This document shows positions 10,413 to 20,699 of a stretch of DNA of 64,000 nucleotides, piece after piece. The DNA lies in contig CAVVEU010000013.1 in NCBI GenBank assembly GCA_963747235.1, forward strand, positions 32,001 through 96,000. The letters run 5' to 3'. How positions within the stretch are numbered: the first letter of the stretch is position 1; each line of letters begins with the position of its first letter. A program made the position numbers and the translations under genes. The DNA is from an uncultured Candidatus Rokubacteria bacterium (lineage in GTDB: Bacteria; Methylomirabilota; Methylomirabilia; Rokubacteriales; CSP1-6). The notes under the pieces were generated by a model, which worked only from the letters and a program-made list of their open reading frames with translations, was not told the origin of the DNA and made no database searches.

Positions 10413-11262
10413 TCACGGAATGACGGCCCCGGCGTTGGTGAACACGCGCCCCACCTCGGTCAACCCGTCGGCGATGGTCGGCCCGGCGGTGCAGGTCGCG
10501 GTGATTCCCATCTGGCGAACGTCGGCGAGCGGGACAATCGGTCGGGCGCGCATTGGCGGCGGCCGGGTAGGGAAGGGAATGCAGCGCTCCGTCGTCCACT
10601 CGGGCCAGGAACTGGTTGTGAGGCGCGTCCCAGATCAGCTGTAGCCGCACCTTCTGTCCAAGCGCAATGACGTCGGGGAAGTCGGTCGCGGCCACCGTGG
10701 TCACCGCGATGCAGCCGGCGTCGAGGCAGTGAAACAGGCGCCCCTCCACCCGGAGCACGCCGGCGATATCTCGCGAGTCGGACGCGCGAACGAGCTGGAT
10801 GCGGGCGAGGTAGTCGCCGATCAGGCTGCCCGGCGCCGGCGGGGTGGGGCCGTCGCTGAATCGGTTCAACGTGAGGGCGGCGGCCCGGATGACGGAGGGC
10901 GCCGGATTGGAGGCGCACCCGGTAACCTCGATGTGTTCGACTTTCACCTCCACCGCGATCTGGTCAACGGATGCCGGCCTGGTGAGCGAAGCGCGGCTGT
11001 GTCGAAGCTGAGTGCCCGCGTCCGTCTCCGTTGCACCCTCGGTACGCAGGCGCATCGACAGCTTGCGCCCCTGCACGGCGCGGCGAAACTCCTGCATCGA
11101 ATCGATGGAGCCGGTCCAGCGATCACCGCGCATGTGATCCGCGCCGCGCCAATCCTCGTACAAGGCAAACGGCTCGACGGCCTGGACTCGCGTCGGGCCG
11201 GAGAAGACAAGGCCACCGAGGGCCAAGGGGGCAAGGGCAGTCAATCGCATGATCCTCATCAT
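10413..11262 (-). CDS. Secreted hypothetical protein, paralog B (one frameshift near 10535)
   Basis: Signal peptide then FALYEDW..RGDRW, GCASNP, LNRFSDG, LFHCLDAGC; ends VFTNAGAVIP*; colinear with the 11293-12156 product. Confidence 0.7.
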
Positions 11263-11292
11263 TGGTCGCTCCTCATCTCGCACGGCGAGCGG

Positions 11293-12156
11293 TCATGGAA
11301 TGACGGCCGAGGGGTCGCGTCAGGACCACCCCGATCTCGGTGGTGGTGTCGGCCACGCCGGCCTGGCCGAGGCAGTTTGCGCCCTGAGCTGAGCACGGAG
11401 ATTTTCGCGAAGGGAACGCGCGCCGGTCCCTGGTTCAGCCCGGCCGGGTACGGCAAGCGAGACGTCCGGGCTGTCATTGACTCGTGCCGACGAAGCGGTT
11501 GCTCGCGGCGTCCCAGATGAGGCGGAGCCGTACCTTATCCCCGACGCGGACGAGGGTTGGGCAGGGCGACGGATCCGTTCGGGATCGAACGGATCACGAA
11601 GCAGCGGGCGTTGTCGCACCGGAAGATCGCAAGGTGAACCTGGAGGGTGCCGGGCGGATCGGTCGAGGCTGACGAACGGAAGAGGCGGAGTCGACCGAAA
11701 TGGTCGCCCGTGAAGTCGCCGGCCGGTCCGGGGGTGCCGTCGCTGAACTTGCTCAGCGAGACCTGAAGCGGAAGGGCGGCCGACGCGGTGGTGGAGTTCG
11801 TGGGGCATCCGACGAGCTCGAGGTTCTTCACTCGAGCCTCAAGCACGAACCGGGTGACGCCCAGCGGATGGGTCGTGTTCAGCTCGAGCTCCGCCCCGAG
11901 CGGACCCGATGTTCAAGCTGTTGCTCCCTTCACGTCGCAATCGCAGGTGCGCGCGCCGGCCCTTCAGCTCCTTGAGCGTGTCCTGGGCGGAGGTCGCGCT
12001 GCCGCGCCAGCGGTCGCCGCGGATGTCATCGGCGGTACTCCAGTCTTCGTAGACGGCGAATCCGACCGAGTCCTGGCGCGCCTGGACCGCGGGCACGCCG
12101 AGAGCGAGGACCGCGAAGACACTAGCGAATCCGATCAGTCCCTTCGTGTGTTCCAT
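11293..12156 (-). CDS. Secreted hypothetical protein, paralog A (multiple frameshifts)
   Basis: GGAGG RBS, signal peptide, FAVYEDW..RGDRW, GCPTNS, LSKFSDG, IFRCDNARC; ends SAVIP*. Confidence 0.65.
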
Positions 12157-13053
12157 GCGCAGAATCCTCCTGGATCCCCGGTGCCGAGAGCTCCGGGCGA
12201 TCACACTCGACGCCCGGACGCTCTCGCCGCCACGCATTCGACGTGGCAATGGATCGCTGCGGCTCCAGAAGGTATGTGCCGTCCCAGTGCCATCCGTTTG
12301 CATCGACGGTGACCTTCGGCTCATGTGTGAACCCGGTACGTCCCGGTACTCCCTTCCGCGAAGAAGGCGCACAGCCACGTTGTTCGCGACGACACGATGA
12401 TCACCGCCTTGACGGTCGAAGCTGCTCGTGGTGTAGCCGTCGCGTCGGTGAGCACTGGCGTCCGGCCGTTGAGGTAATTGAAGGCATCGGTCGAAAGTAC
12501 GAGTGCCGGGCATGCCGGGCGGAAGCTAGGTACGTTGGCGTACGAACGTTGCAGAATCTGCCGGCAACGTGCCGCGGCGTGACGTCGCAGCGACTCGGGC
12601 GCCATGTCCGGGAAGGCGGTGGATCCATATTGGTGAACGGTCCGCGGATTGCGATGATCCAGCTCGCACGGCGCGCGCAGGATGGTCTCGTGGCCACGAG
12701 GAGAGTCGGCATGCACAGTGGCTCCTCCGACAGCATCGGGGCAGCTGTAAGAGCGCAAGTGCGGATGCCGTTCGAGTCGCATCGTGCCCCCTCCTATCGA
12801 GCACAGTATGAACTCAGGCTAGCTCTCGGACGAGTCCCGAGCGCATCGCTCGAGTCAGCAGTTGCGCAAGACGTGCCACTTGGCAGGGGGCGATGTGAGC
12901 GGGGAATATCGGCAGATACGGCGCGAGCTTACGGCCGGCATGGAGGGGCGACGGTGCGTGACGCGCTGAGGCGGTGCTGGCGGGTCGTCGCTGCTCAAAC
13001 TGTTCGGAAATCTGAGCAGTGACCTGAGCAAGCGGGTACGCGTATCCGCGGCT

Positions 13054-16000
13054 ATGGAAGCACTGGCTGAACTGCTCGGTGAGAGCCCGGCCATCAGCGT
13101 GGTCCGCGGGAAGCTGCGCCAGCTGCTGGAGGGCCAGCCGACCGGGCGGCGCCTCCCCGCAATCCTCATCCAGGGGGAAACCGGCACCGGCAAGGGGCTC
13201 GTCGCCCGGCTCATCCATCGGATGGGGCCGCGGAAGGGCGGCCCCTTTGTAGACATCAACTGCCCAGGGATCCCGGAGACACTGCTCGAGGCCGAGCTGT
13301 TCGGCTTCGAGCGGGGTGCCTTCACCGACGCGCGTCGCGCCAAGCCCGGCCTCCTTCAAACCGCGCACCGGGGCACGCTCTTCCTCGACGAGGTCGGGCC
13401 TGTTGCCCGAATCGGCCCAGGCCAAGCTCCTCACCGTGCATCGAGGAACGTGTCGTCCGCCGCCTCGGCAGCACCCGGCCGGAGGCGATCGACGTCTGCT
13501 TCATCAGCGCCACGAACATCGACCTCCAGGCGGCGCTCCGGGCGCGGCGCTTCCGGGAAGACCTCTATCATCGGCTGGCGGTGATCACATTCGAGTTACC
13601 CCCGCTGCGAGAGCGAGGTCGTGACGTGCTCCTCCTCGCCGAGCGGTTCCTCGACCGCGCCTGCGTCGACTATGGGCTGCCGCCGAAGACGCTGGGCGAG
13701 CAGGCCCAGGCCCGCCTGCTCGCGTATCGCTGGCCCGGCAATGTCCGCGAGCTGGCCAACGTGATGGAGCGTGCCGCGCTCTTCGCCGACGCGCCCGTGG
13801 TCACCGAAGCGATGCTGGAGCCGCTGTCGGCGGAGGGGCTCCACCCAGGGGCCCGGCGCCCAGCGCGAGTGCCGGTGCCGTCACGCCGGAAGAGGCGATG
13901 CGCCAGCATCTCCTGGCGGTGCTGGAGCAGAGCGCGGGGAACATCTCGCACGCCGCGGCCAGGCTGGGCATTGCCCGCAACACGCTCTACGCGCGCCTTG
14001 AGAAGTACGGTGTGCGCAGCCACCATCCTCCTCCCCGCCGCTCCGAGTCCGATCCCCGCGCCGACGGACACACGGATCCAGTGGGAACGCCGCGGGATCA
14101 CGCTGCTCTGCGCCGCCCTCGTCGAGGCGGACGGGGGCGACGAGGCGTCACCTCCGAGCCGGGCCTGGAAGGACGTGATCGACAAGCTGCAGACGTTCGG
14201 CGGCCGCGTAGAGGAAGTGACGCCGACGAGCGTCGTGGCCTCGTTCGGGGTCGATCCGGTGGAGGATGCGCCACGCCGCGCTGCTCATGCCGCGATGGTC
14301 ATTCACAAGAGAGCCGAGCGCGCCGTGAGGACAAGAGCAGGACGCCGGGGGTCAAGATCGGCATCCACGTGGCGCAGGTTCTCGTCGGACGCTCGGCGAG
14401 GCCGGATCGACATCGACGCGGAGGCCGAAGCGCGCGCAGTGGGCGGTGCTCGATCAGCTCCTGCAGACATCGGGACGGGACGAGACGGTGGCGAGTGCGG
14501 CGGCGGCCTCATTCTTGGAGCGCCGGTTCGAGCTCGTGCCGCTCGACGTCGGGGCGCCGAGTGCGGAGCAGCTCTATCGGCTCACGGGGCAGGAACGCCG
14601 GGGGTTGGGCCTGTGGGGTGCGATGACGAAGTTCGTGGGGCGTCGACGACGAGGTCGAGGTCTTACGGGGCCGCGTGGCCGCGGCGGGGAATGGGCAGGG
14701 CCAGCTCGTGGCGGTCGTCGGGGAACCTGGGGTGGGCAAGTCGCGCCTCTTGTGGGAGTTCACCCGCTCGCCGTCACGTTGCCGGCTGGCTCGTGCTGGA
14801 AGCGGGCGCCGTCCCCTACGGCAAGACCACGCCCTATCTCCCCGTGATCGACCTGCTCAAGGCCTACTGCGGGATCGGCGACCGCGATGACCAGCGCGCC
14901 ATCCGCGAGAAGGTCACCGGCAAGCTCCTCTCCCTGGACCCGGCGTTCGAGGTCGCCCTGCCTGCGTTCCTGACCCTGCTCGACCTGCCCGTGGACGACC
15001 GGGCGTGGCAGGCGCTCGACCCGGCCGGGCGGCGGCAGCGTACCCTGGAGGCCGTCAAGCGCCTCCTGCTGCGTGAGAGCCAGGTGCAGCCGGTGGCGCT
15101 CGTGTTCGAGGATCTGCAGTGGATCGACGGCGAGACGCAGGCGGTACTCGGGAGCCTGGCCGAGAGCCTCCCCGGGGTCCGTCTGCTGCTGCTCGGCAGC
15201 TATCGGCCCGAGTATGCTCATGGCTGGGGCAGCCAGGCCTGCTACACGCAGCTCCGGATCGACCCGCTGCCGCGGGAGAGTGCCGAGCGTGCTGCTCGAG
15301 GTACTCGTCGGGAGCGACCCCGGCCTGGACACGCTCAAGCGACTCCTGATCCAGCGAACCGAGGGCAATCCGCTCTTCGTCGAGGAGAGCGTCCGAGCGC
15401 TGGTCGAGACGGGCGCGTTGACGGGCGCGCGAGGCGACTACCGGCTGGCGCGCGACCTGCCCGCGATCCACGTGCCCGGCACGGTGCAGGCCATCTTGAC
15501 CGCGCGCATCGACCGCCTGCCGCCCGAGGAGAAGCGGCTCCTCGAGATTGCCGCGGTCATCGGGAAGGACTTTCCCCTGGCTCTCCTCCTGGCGGTGGCG
15601 GACGAGAACGAGGGGACGATCCGTCGCGGGCTGGGCTCATCTTCAGACGGCCGAGTTCGTCTACGAGACGCGCCTCTTCCCCGATCTCGAGTACACCTTC
15701 AAGCACGCGCTCACCCATGAGGTGGCCTACGGGAGCCTCCTCCACGACCGGCGCCGTGACCTCCACGCCCGGATCGCGGAGACCATGGAGCGCCTCTACG
15801 GTGATCGCCTCGGCGAGCAGACCGAGCGGCTCGCCCATCACGCGGTCCGTGGCGAGGTGTGGGAGAAGGCGGTGCACTATCTCAGGCAGGCCGGACTCAA
15901 GGCGGCCACGCGATCGGCACTGCGCGGAAGCCGCAGGTCTGGTTCGAGCAGGCGCTGGGTGTGCTCGGGGCACTGCCGGAGAGCCCGTCCACGCTGGAGC

Positions 16001-17149
16001 AGGGCTTCGAGATCCGCCTCGAGCTGGGGCCGGTGCTGGTGCAGCTCGGTGAGGACTCGGCGGAGGCTGGACCACGCGCGCGAGGCCGAAACCCTCGCCG
16101 AGCGGTTGAACGACGACTCGCCGCCGCGGCCGAGCCTGACCTTGCCCTGTGCAACGCCCACGCGCTGCTCGGCGAGCCGGACGAGGCGCTGGTGGCCGGC
16201 GCCCGCGCGCTGGAGCTTGCCGAGGCGGCTCGGGGACCTGAGGCTCCGCATCCTGGCCCCGACACTATCTCGCGCAGGCGCATTTCTTCCGGGGCGATTT
16301 CGAGCGGGCGGTCGAGCTGTCCACCGATAGCCTCGCGGCGCTGCCCGCCGACTGGGTCCACGATCCTTTCGGATACAGCCCCATACCGATCGGGGTCTAC
16401 TGTCGCCTCTGGGTGGTCCACAGCCTCGCCGAGCTCGGCCGATTCGCCGAGGCGGCCCCGTACGAGGCGGAGTTGCTCCGGCTCGCCGAGGCCGACTCAG
16501 CATGCGTTCACGCGTCGGGGTGGCCTACGACGCCGCGAGCTGGCTTCACCTCCGGAAGGGTGACTGGGCGACGGCGCACTCGGTGATCGAGCACGGTATC
16601 GCGGCGGTCCGGAAGGGGAGCATTGCCGCCGGACCTTCGCGACCATGGTCGCCGCGTCCGCCTGGGTCCTCGCGCAGCTCGGCGAGGCGAGCGAGGCGCT
16701 GACCCGGCTCCGGGAGGGCGAGCGGCTCCTCGAGTGTCAAGCGGGCGTGGCACGGCGTGCTCATGCCCTACCAGTCGATGGGACGTGCGGCTCTGCTGCT
16801 CGACCGGCTCGACGAGGCGCAGCGTCTGGGGGAACGCGCCGTCACATATTCTCCGTTTCGCCAGAGCGACGAAGCCCATGCGCTGCACCTGCTCGGCGAC
16901 ATCGCGACCCATCCCGACCGATTCGATGCCGAGAGCGGAGAGGCCTACTACCGGAAGGCGCTGGCGCTCGCCGAGCCGCGCGGCATGCGGCCTCTCGTCG
17001 CCCACTGCCACCTCGGCCTCGGCAGGCTCTACGCGCGCACCGGCAAGCGGGAGGCGCAGGAACACCTCACCATCGCGACGAGGATGTACCGGGAGATGGA
17101 CATGTCGTACTGGATCGAGCAGGCGGAGAGCGTGAAAGGCTCCCGCTAG
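13054..17149 (+). CDS. Sigma54-dependent activator (AAA+ and Fis HTH) fused to a degenerate cyclase-like domain, AAA ATPase and TPR repeats (many frameshifts)
   Basis: [52 protein letters not shown]; then [43 protein letters not shown]; ends [20 protein letters not shown]. Confidence 0.85.
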
Positions 17150-18860
17150 CGAGGGCCGAGGTCGCGCTCGGCGTCGGCCAGCAGGCGCGTCGAAGGCCGG
17201 CGGCACCTCGATCGCGCGCCCGACGACGCCGGGGCTGTAGCCCTGGAGCCAGTAGCTGTTGGTCGGGTGGCCGCCGCCGGCCACGACGATCAGGAAGTTG
17301 TCGGGGCTGGCCGTGATCGGCCACGGGTCCAGCGCGAGGCTCTCGCGCGCCACCTTGCTCGTGTCGATCTCGATCCACGCCGGGGCCCCCGCGCGACGGA
17401 GCTGCTCGGCGGGAATGCGCGAGTGCTCCCAGAGGAACTCGCGCATCGAGGCCTTGGTCCAGCCGAGGCCGGCCATGGTCTGGGCGACGATGCCCGGGAT
17501 CATCAGGATGCCCGGGGTGCCGTGCTCGTAGCCGGCGAGGCCGGCCATGTTGGGCACGCGCATGAAGTCGGCCATGCGGTGCATGCCCTGGAGCGCGTCC
17601 TCCTCGGGCGTCTCCTTCTTGGCGCCGCGCCGCCGGATGTTCGTGGCCCCGTTGGCGAAGGCGAGCGAGATGGAATTGCCGCCCGGCGCGAAGCCGTGGC
17701 GCTCGGTGCGCGTGCGGCGCCCAGCCCGCGGGCAGGCTCGCCTCGTCCTCGGCGAAGACCACGTTCGTGTAGCGCAGGCCGCCGTAGTTGGCCATGGTGC
17801 CGATGCCGGGCAGGGCGCCGCCCAGGTTCTGCTGGAGCAGGCGCAGCGCGCGGCCGATGCTGGCGCCCGCCGGCCGCTGCGGATCCGGGCCGAGGCAGCC
17901 GAAGCCCGCGTTCAGCCGGATCTGGGCGCCGATCGGCCCGTTGACGATCACCACCGGGAACGCGCTGCCCGACGCGGCCTGCAGGGTCTCGCTCCCCGAC
18001 TCGGGATCGAGGAAGGCCTCCACCGCGGCCACGAGCACCGGCAGGTACTCGGGTCGGCCGCCCGCCATCGCCAGGGCGATGGCGCACGACTCGATCGTGG
18101 TCACGCCGCCGCGCGGGGGAAAGGTGCCGAGCCGCTGCCGTCGCGGCTGCGCGGCGCCGGTCAGGATCCAGTCCACGCGCTCGCGCGTCGGAGGCCAGAG
18201 CGGCAGGCCGTCGCCCCAGCGGTTGGCGAGCATCAGGTGGTTCGCGCGGGCGAAGGCGTCCTCGACGCTCGCGCCCTCCACGCGGATCATGGGCGCCTCG
18301 CCCGCGGCGTCGCCGCCGAAGGCCGAGCGCCAGCGCGTCAGGCCGTCGTAGAACTCCTGCTTGCGCGCCTCCACCGGGGTGATGTCGCTGCCCGGCAGGA
18401 ACATCTCGATGGGGAAGGTGACCATCGCCGCGTCGGGCGCGAGCCCGAGGCCGGCCACCGCGTTCGTCATGACCCCCACGAAATCCGCGCGGGTCAGCGT
18501 GACCGTCGGGATTCCGTGGGCCTCGAGCCTGGCGGCCGACCGGCCGCACGCCGTCGCGCAGGTCCCTCAGGCGGCGTTGCCGATGATGACGGCGTCGACC
18601 CCGCTCGCCTTCACGAGCGCCGCCGTCTCCTCCGAGCCGATGACCGCGTTGCCCTGGGGGAAGGCGTCGATCGGCAGGACCTCGATGCCCGGGAAGTCCG
18701 CCTCGAGCAGCGACTTGAGCAGCGGCAGCATGCGGTAGGCCTGCCACTGCTCGTTGCTGACGAAGCCGATCCGCTTACCCGCGAGGGCGCCGACGCGCGG
18801 CGCATGGGACTGCTTCACCTCGATGGCGCCGGACGGGTCGTGGAACTCGAGGCTGATCAT
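17146..18860 (-). CDS. UGSC-family (seleno)protein fused to a ~350-aa WGDGLP-x-x-PPT domain; in-frame TGA at 18567-18569 likely Sec
   Basis: ORF 18567..18860 continues in frame past TGA as GNAA-U-GTCATACGRSAARLEAHGIPTVTL into ORF 17067..18479; later indels near 17715 and 17190; ends [12 protein letters not shown]. Confidence 0.85.
18532..18566 (-). promoter_or_regulatory. Candidate bacterial SECIS element
   Basis: 19 nt after the TGA a perfect hairpin GCGGCC-GGTC-GGCCGC with G-first apical loop, 25 nt from the UGA. Confidence 0.65.
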
Positions 18861-18994
18861 CGCGAAGCCGAGTATAGCCCACGGAGCAGGGCTCGCCGGG
18901 GACTCTCGGGCGATTCCCGGGGAGCGGGTCCGGCGCGGCCGGCGCGATCGCGCAGCTCATGGGAGAGTCGCGCGCCCAGGGGGGCACGGCCGCC

Positions 18995-19028
18995 TATTGG
19001 ACGTTCGCCGGTGGGCCAAGGTCCAATA
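18995..19028. promoter_or_regulatory. Inverted pair of AAGGTCCAATA-type motifs (candidate transcription-factor site)
   Basis: TATTGGACGTT-12 bp-AAGGTCCAATA; the same 11-mer recurs at 32998 and 59362. Confidence 0.6.
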
Positions 19029-19097
19029 CGGGGCCCAATTGGGGGCGGCTAGAGTTGTGAGGAGACATCCGAACCGCTCGTCCTTGGAGGTTCATTC

Positions 19098-19580
19098 ATG
19101 CGTGTATTCCTCTTCACTCTGCTCGCACTCGGCCTGGTCGGGCCGGCGTACGCCCAGGTGCATGTCGACATCGGCATCCATCTGCCGCGGCCGCCCCGGC
19201 TCGTCATCGTCCCCGAAGTCCGGTCGGTCCAGTACGTGCCCACCGGTGACGCGAATCTCTTCTTCTACAGCGGCCGGTACTGGGCCTTCGCCAACGGGTC
19301 CTGGCACTCGAGCCGCGGTTACAACGGCCCCTGGGCCATGGTCGGCCGGAACGCGGTGCCGCAATCCGTGCTGCTCGTACCGGTGAACTACTATCGCGCC
19401 CGGCCCGCGAACTGGGGCGGGTGGCAGCGGCAGCATCCGCCGCGCTGGGGCAACGAGTGGGGTCACGAATGGGCCGAAAAGCGCAAGTGGCGCGATCGGG
19501 ATGACGACCACGACCGGGGCCGCGGCCGGGACAATGATCGGCACGACAACCGGCGTGATGGCCGGGGGCCGGGCCGGTAG
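19098..19580 (+). CDS. Secreted Pro/Trp-rich protein (YXWGXW/PXPV-like) with Arg/Asp-rich tail
   Basis: GGAGG RBS, signal peptide ending AYA, QVHVDIGI..PPRLVIVP, NLFFYSGRYW, YNGPW. Confidence 0.8.
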   Translation: MRVFLFTLLALGLVGPAYAQVHVDIGIHLPRPPRLVIVPEVRSVQYVPTGDANLFFYSGRYWAFANGSWHSSRGYNGPWAMVGRNAVPQSVLLVPVNYYRARPANWGGWQRQHPPRWGNEWGHEWAEKRKWRDRDDDHDRGRGRDNDRHDNRRDGRGPGR

Positions 19581-19667
19581 GGCGCGCCTCCGCACGTAAC
19601 GTTAAAAGGTGGCGGTGCCCTCCGCGCTTGACCCGCGTCTCTCGCGTGTGTTAGGTCGGAGGGCACC

Positions 19668-20699
19668 ATGACCATCACGATCTTCGGCGCTGGCGCGATT
19701 GGAGGCACCACGGGGGCCGCCCTGGCCCAGGCAGGGCACGACGTCCTGCTCGTGGACAGCAATGCCCCGCACGTCGAGGCCATCAACGCCCAGGGCCTCA
19801 CCGTGGAGCGGGAGGGCAAGACGACCACCACGCGGGTGCACGCGGTCCTGGCCCGGGAGCTCAGCGAAGGCCTGGACCTGGTCATGCTGGCGGTGAAGAG
19901 CCACCACACGGAGGAGGCGCTCGGCGTCCTGGTGCCCAGGCTGGCGGCGGGTAGCACCGTGGTGTCGCTCCAGAACGGGCTCAGCGAGGAGCAGATCGCC
20001 CGGGCGGTGGGGCCGGCGCGCACGGTCGGCTGCCTGGTGAACTGGGCGGCGGACTGGGTGGCCCCGGGGCGCATCCTTCACGGCGGCCACGGGGCCTTCG
20101 TGCTGGGCGAGCTCGACGGCCGCATCACCCCGCGCGTGCGCGAGCTGGCGGCGCTGCTGAGCGCGGTGGAGCAGACCCCGGTCACCGACAACATCTGGGG
20201 CTACAAGTGGGGCAAGCTCATCTACGGCGCGCTCCTCTTCGGGACCGCGGTGGTGGACGCCCACGTGTACGAAGTGGTGGAGCGGAGCCCCGGGGTGCAG
20301 CAGGCGCTGGTCGGCATCGTGGGCGAGGGGCTGGCGGTGGCCGACAAGGCCGGGGTGCGCGTCGAGCCCTTCGACGAGTTCGATCCCGCCTGGTACCGCG
20401 CCGCGCTGGCCGGCGACACGGGCGCGCGGGCGCGCGCGATGACCGCCATCGCGGAGCACTACCGCGCGCACACGAAGACCAAGACCGGCATCTGGCGTGA
20501 TCTGGCCGTGCGCAAGCGCAAGACCGAGGTGGACGGCCAGCTCGGCATGCTGGCGCGGAAGGGCGAGGCCCTCGGCGTGCCCATGCCGCTCACCCGCCGG
20601 CTCGGCGAGCTGATCCGCGATCTGGAGGACGGCCGGCGCCAGATGGACTGGGCCAACCTCGATCCGCTCGTCGCCCTCGCGGGCGGGGCGCGCGCGTGA
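19668..20699 (+). CDS. Ketopantoate reductase (ApbA/PanE) family oxidoreductase
   Basis: GAGAIGG Rossmann motif, LAVKS, SLQNG, WGKL, RKTEVD. Confidence 0.88.
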   Translation: MTITIFGAGAIGGTTGAALAQAGHDVLLVDSNAPHVEAINAQGLTVEREGKTTTTRVHAVLARELSEGLDLVMLAVKSHHTEEALGVLVPRLAAGSTVVSLQNGLSEEQIARAVGPARTVGCLVNWAADWVAPGRILHGGHGAFVLGELDGRITPRVRELAALLSAVEQTPVTDNIWGYKWGKLIYGALLFGTAVVDAHVYEVVERSPGVQQALVGIVGEGLAVADKAGVRVEPFDEFDPAWYRAALAGDTGARARAMTAIAEHYRAHTKTKTGIWRDLAVRKRKTEVDGQLGMLARKGEALGVPMPLTRRLGELIRDLEDGRRQMDWANLDPLVALAGGARA

